A stretch of 60,432 bases of DNA, filler included. It is 5 parts of 5 records of this genome, joined end to end, with 100 filler letters (N's around TTAATTAATTAA, not from the genome) between each part and the next. Parts side by side here need not be neighbours in the genome. Positions count along the whole stretch, not along the records: positions 51,769 to 60,432 come from SRR31156797_26062; 4 more parts are not named here. One strand, written 5' to 3'. Positions 60,032 through 60,432 of this stretch are shown here, in pieces; position 1 is the first letter of the stretch; each line of letters begins with the position of its first letter. Both the position numbers and the translations under genes were made by a program. The notes below the pieces were generated by a model. That model saw only the letters and a list, made by a program, of their open reading frames with translations. It made no database searches and had not been told where the DNA came from.

Positions 60032-60432
60032 TCACTTCTTTTTGATAAGCGACTGGTACACTTCTTTTATTTCTTCATCAGAATAAGTTCCACCCAGTTT
60101 CTCTTTTATACTCCTGATAAGGTCCTCTTCCAGTTCATCCAGTGCTCTGAGCACGATTTCTTTTTTAAGCGCCGGTTTTTGAATGGTTGATGAGGATACC
60201 TTTTTTTTGCTTTTCTTTTTAGTGGGAGCTTTTGGTATGGCTTTCTCGCTGGTCTTAACTTGCGGTTCCAGTGCCTCCAGATGTTCTGTGATCTCTTTGA
60301 GGAACCTGTCGCCGTATTTCTTCAGCTTGTACTCTCCAACACCCGTAATCTTCAACAGTTCTTCTCTGCTTCGTGGTTTTCTGGCAGCCATCTGCCGAAG
60401 GCTTGTATCTGCAAATACGATGTATGGGGGCA
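60032..60432 (-). CDS. recQ: RecQ-like helicase C-terminus (HRDC domain)
   Basis: PPYIVFADTSLRQMAARKPRSREELLKITGVGEYKLKKYG. Truncated by the window end. Confidence 0.85.
   Translation of the reverse strand, partial: PPYIVFADTSLRQMAARKPRSREELLKITGVGEYKLKKYGDRFLKEITEHLEALEPQVKTSEKAIPKAPTKKKSKKKVSSSTIQKPALKKEIVLRALDELEEDLIRSIKEKLGGTYSDEEIKEVYQSLIKKK

Overview
The window is not one replicon. It is five unrelated contigs joined by 100-nt N spacers that carry the artificial all-frame stop linker TTAATTAATTAA (12051-12150, 35193-35292, 45360-45459, 51669-51768). (1) 1-12050 is a GC-rich, spirochaete-like bacterium: a chemoreceptor, LysR divergent from a tripartite tricarboxylate transporter (TTT)-sulfatase operon, and a beta-propeller hybrid histidine kinase. 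(2) 12151-35192 is probably a Desulfobacterota anaerobe. It carries a cNMP-domain/aspartase fusion, a MITE, and a corrinoid methyl-transfer operon (corrinoid protein, non-pyrrolysine MttB, hydantoinase/oxoprolinase, RACE activase, UroD-type MT2 with a thioredoxin fold, CobW). Divergent from this are sigma54-driven glnK-amtB and an N-methylglutamate pathway cluster (mgsA, fused mgsB-mgsC-mgsC', gmaS, YbaK, XRE-cupin) with no NMG dehydrogenase. (3) 35293-45359 is a Methanosarcinaceae archaeon. It has an accessory island (membrane-tethered double-wHTH regulator, subtilase, 5'-truncated metzincin, archaeocin-like precursor with cognate and orphan 61-aa immunity-like genes, I42 inhibitor lipoprotein) linked by a 21-bp motif placed 4 nt before each TATA box, followed by ftr and a Cu-ATPase. 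(4) 45460-51668 is a deltaproteobacterial-like proB-proA-nadD-rsfS-M48/TPR-SEL1 block. (5) 51769-60432 holds Methanosarcinaceae housekeeping genes (dinB, rps17e, dapAB, pyrIB, hps-rraA, flaK, recQ end). The two best candidates for undescribed systems are a pyrrolysine-independent anaerobic methylamine route coupling N-methylglutamate formation to a corrinoid methyltransferase (contig 2) and a co-regulated archaeal secreted toxin/immunity/protease regulon (contig 3). Taxonomy and functions are inferred from motifs read by eye; no database search was run.
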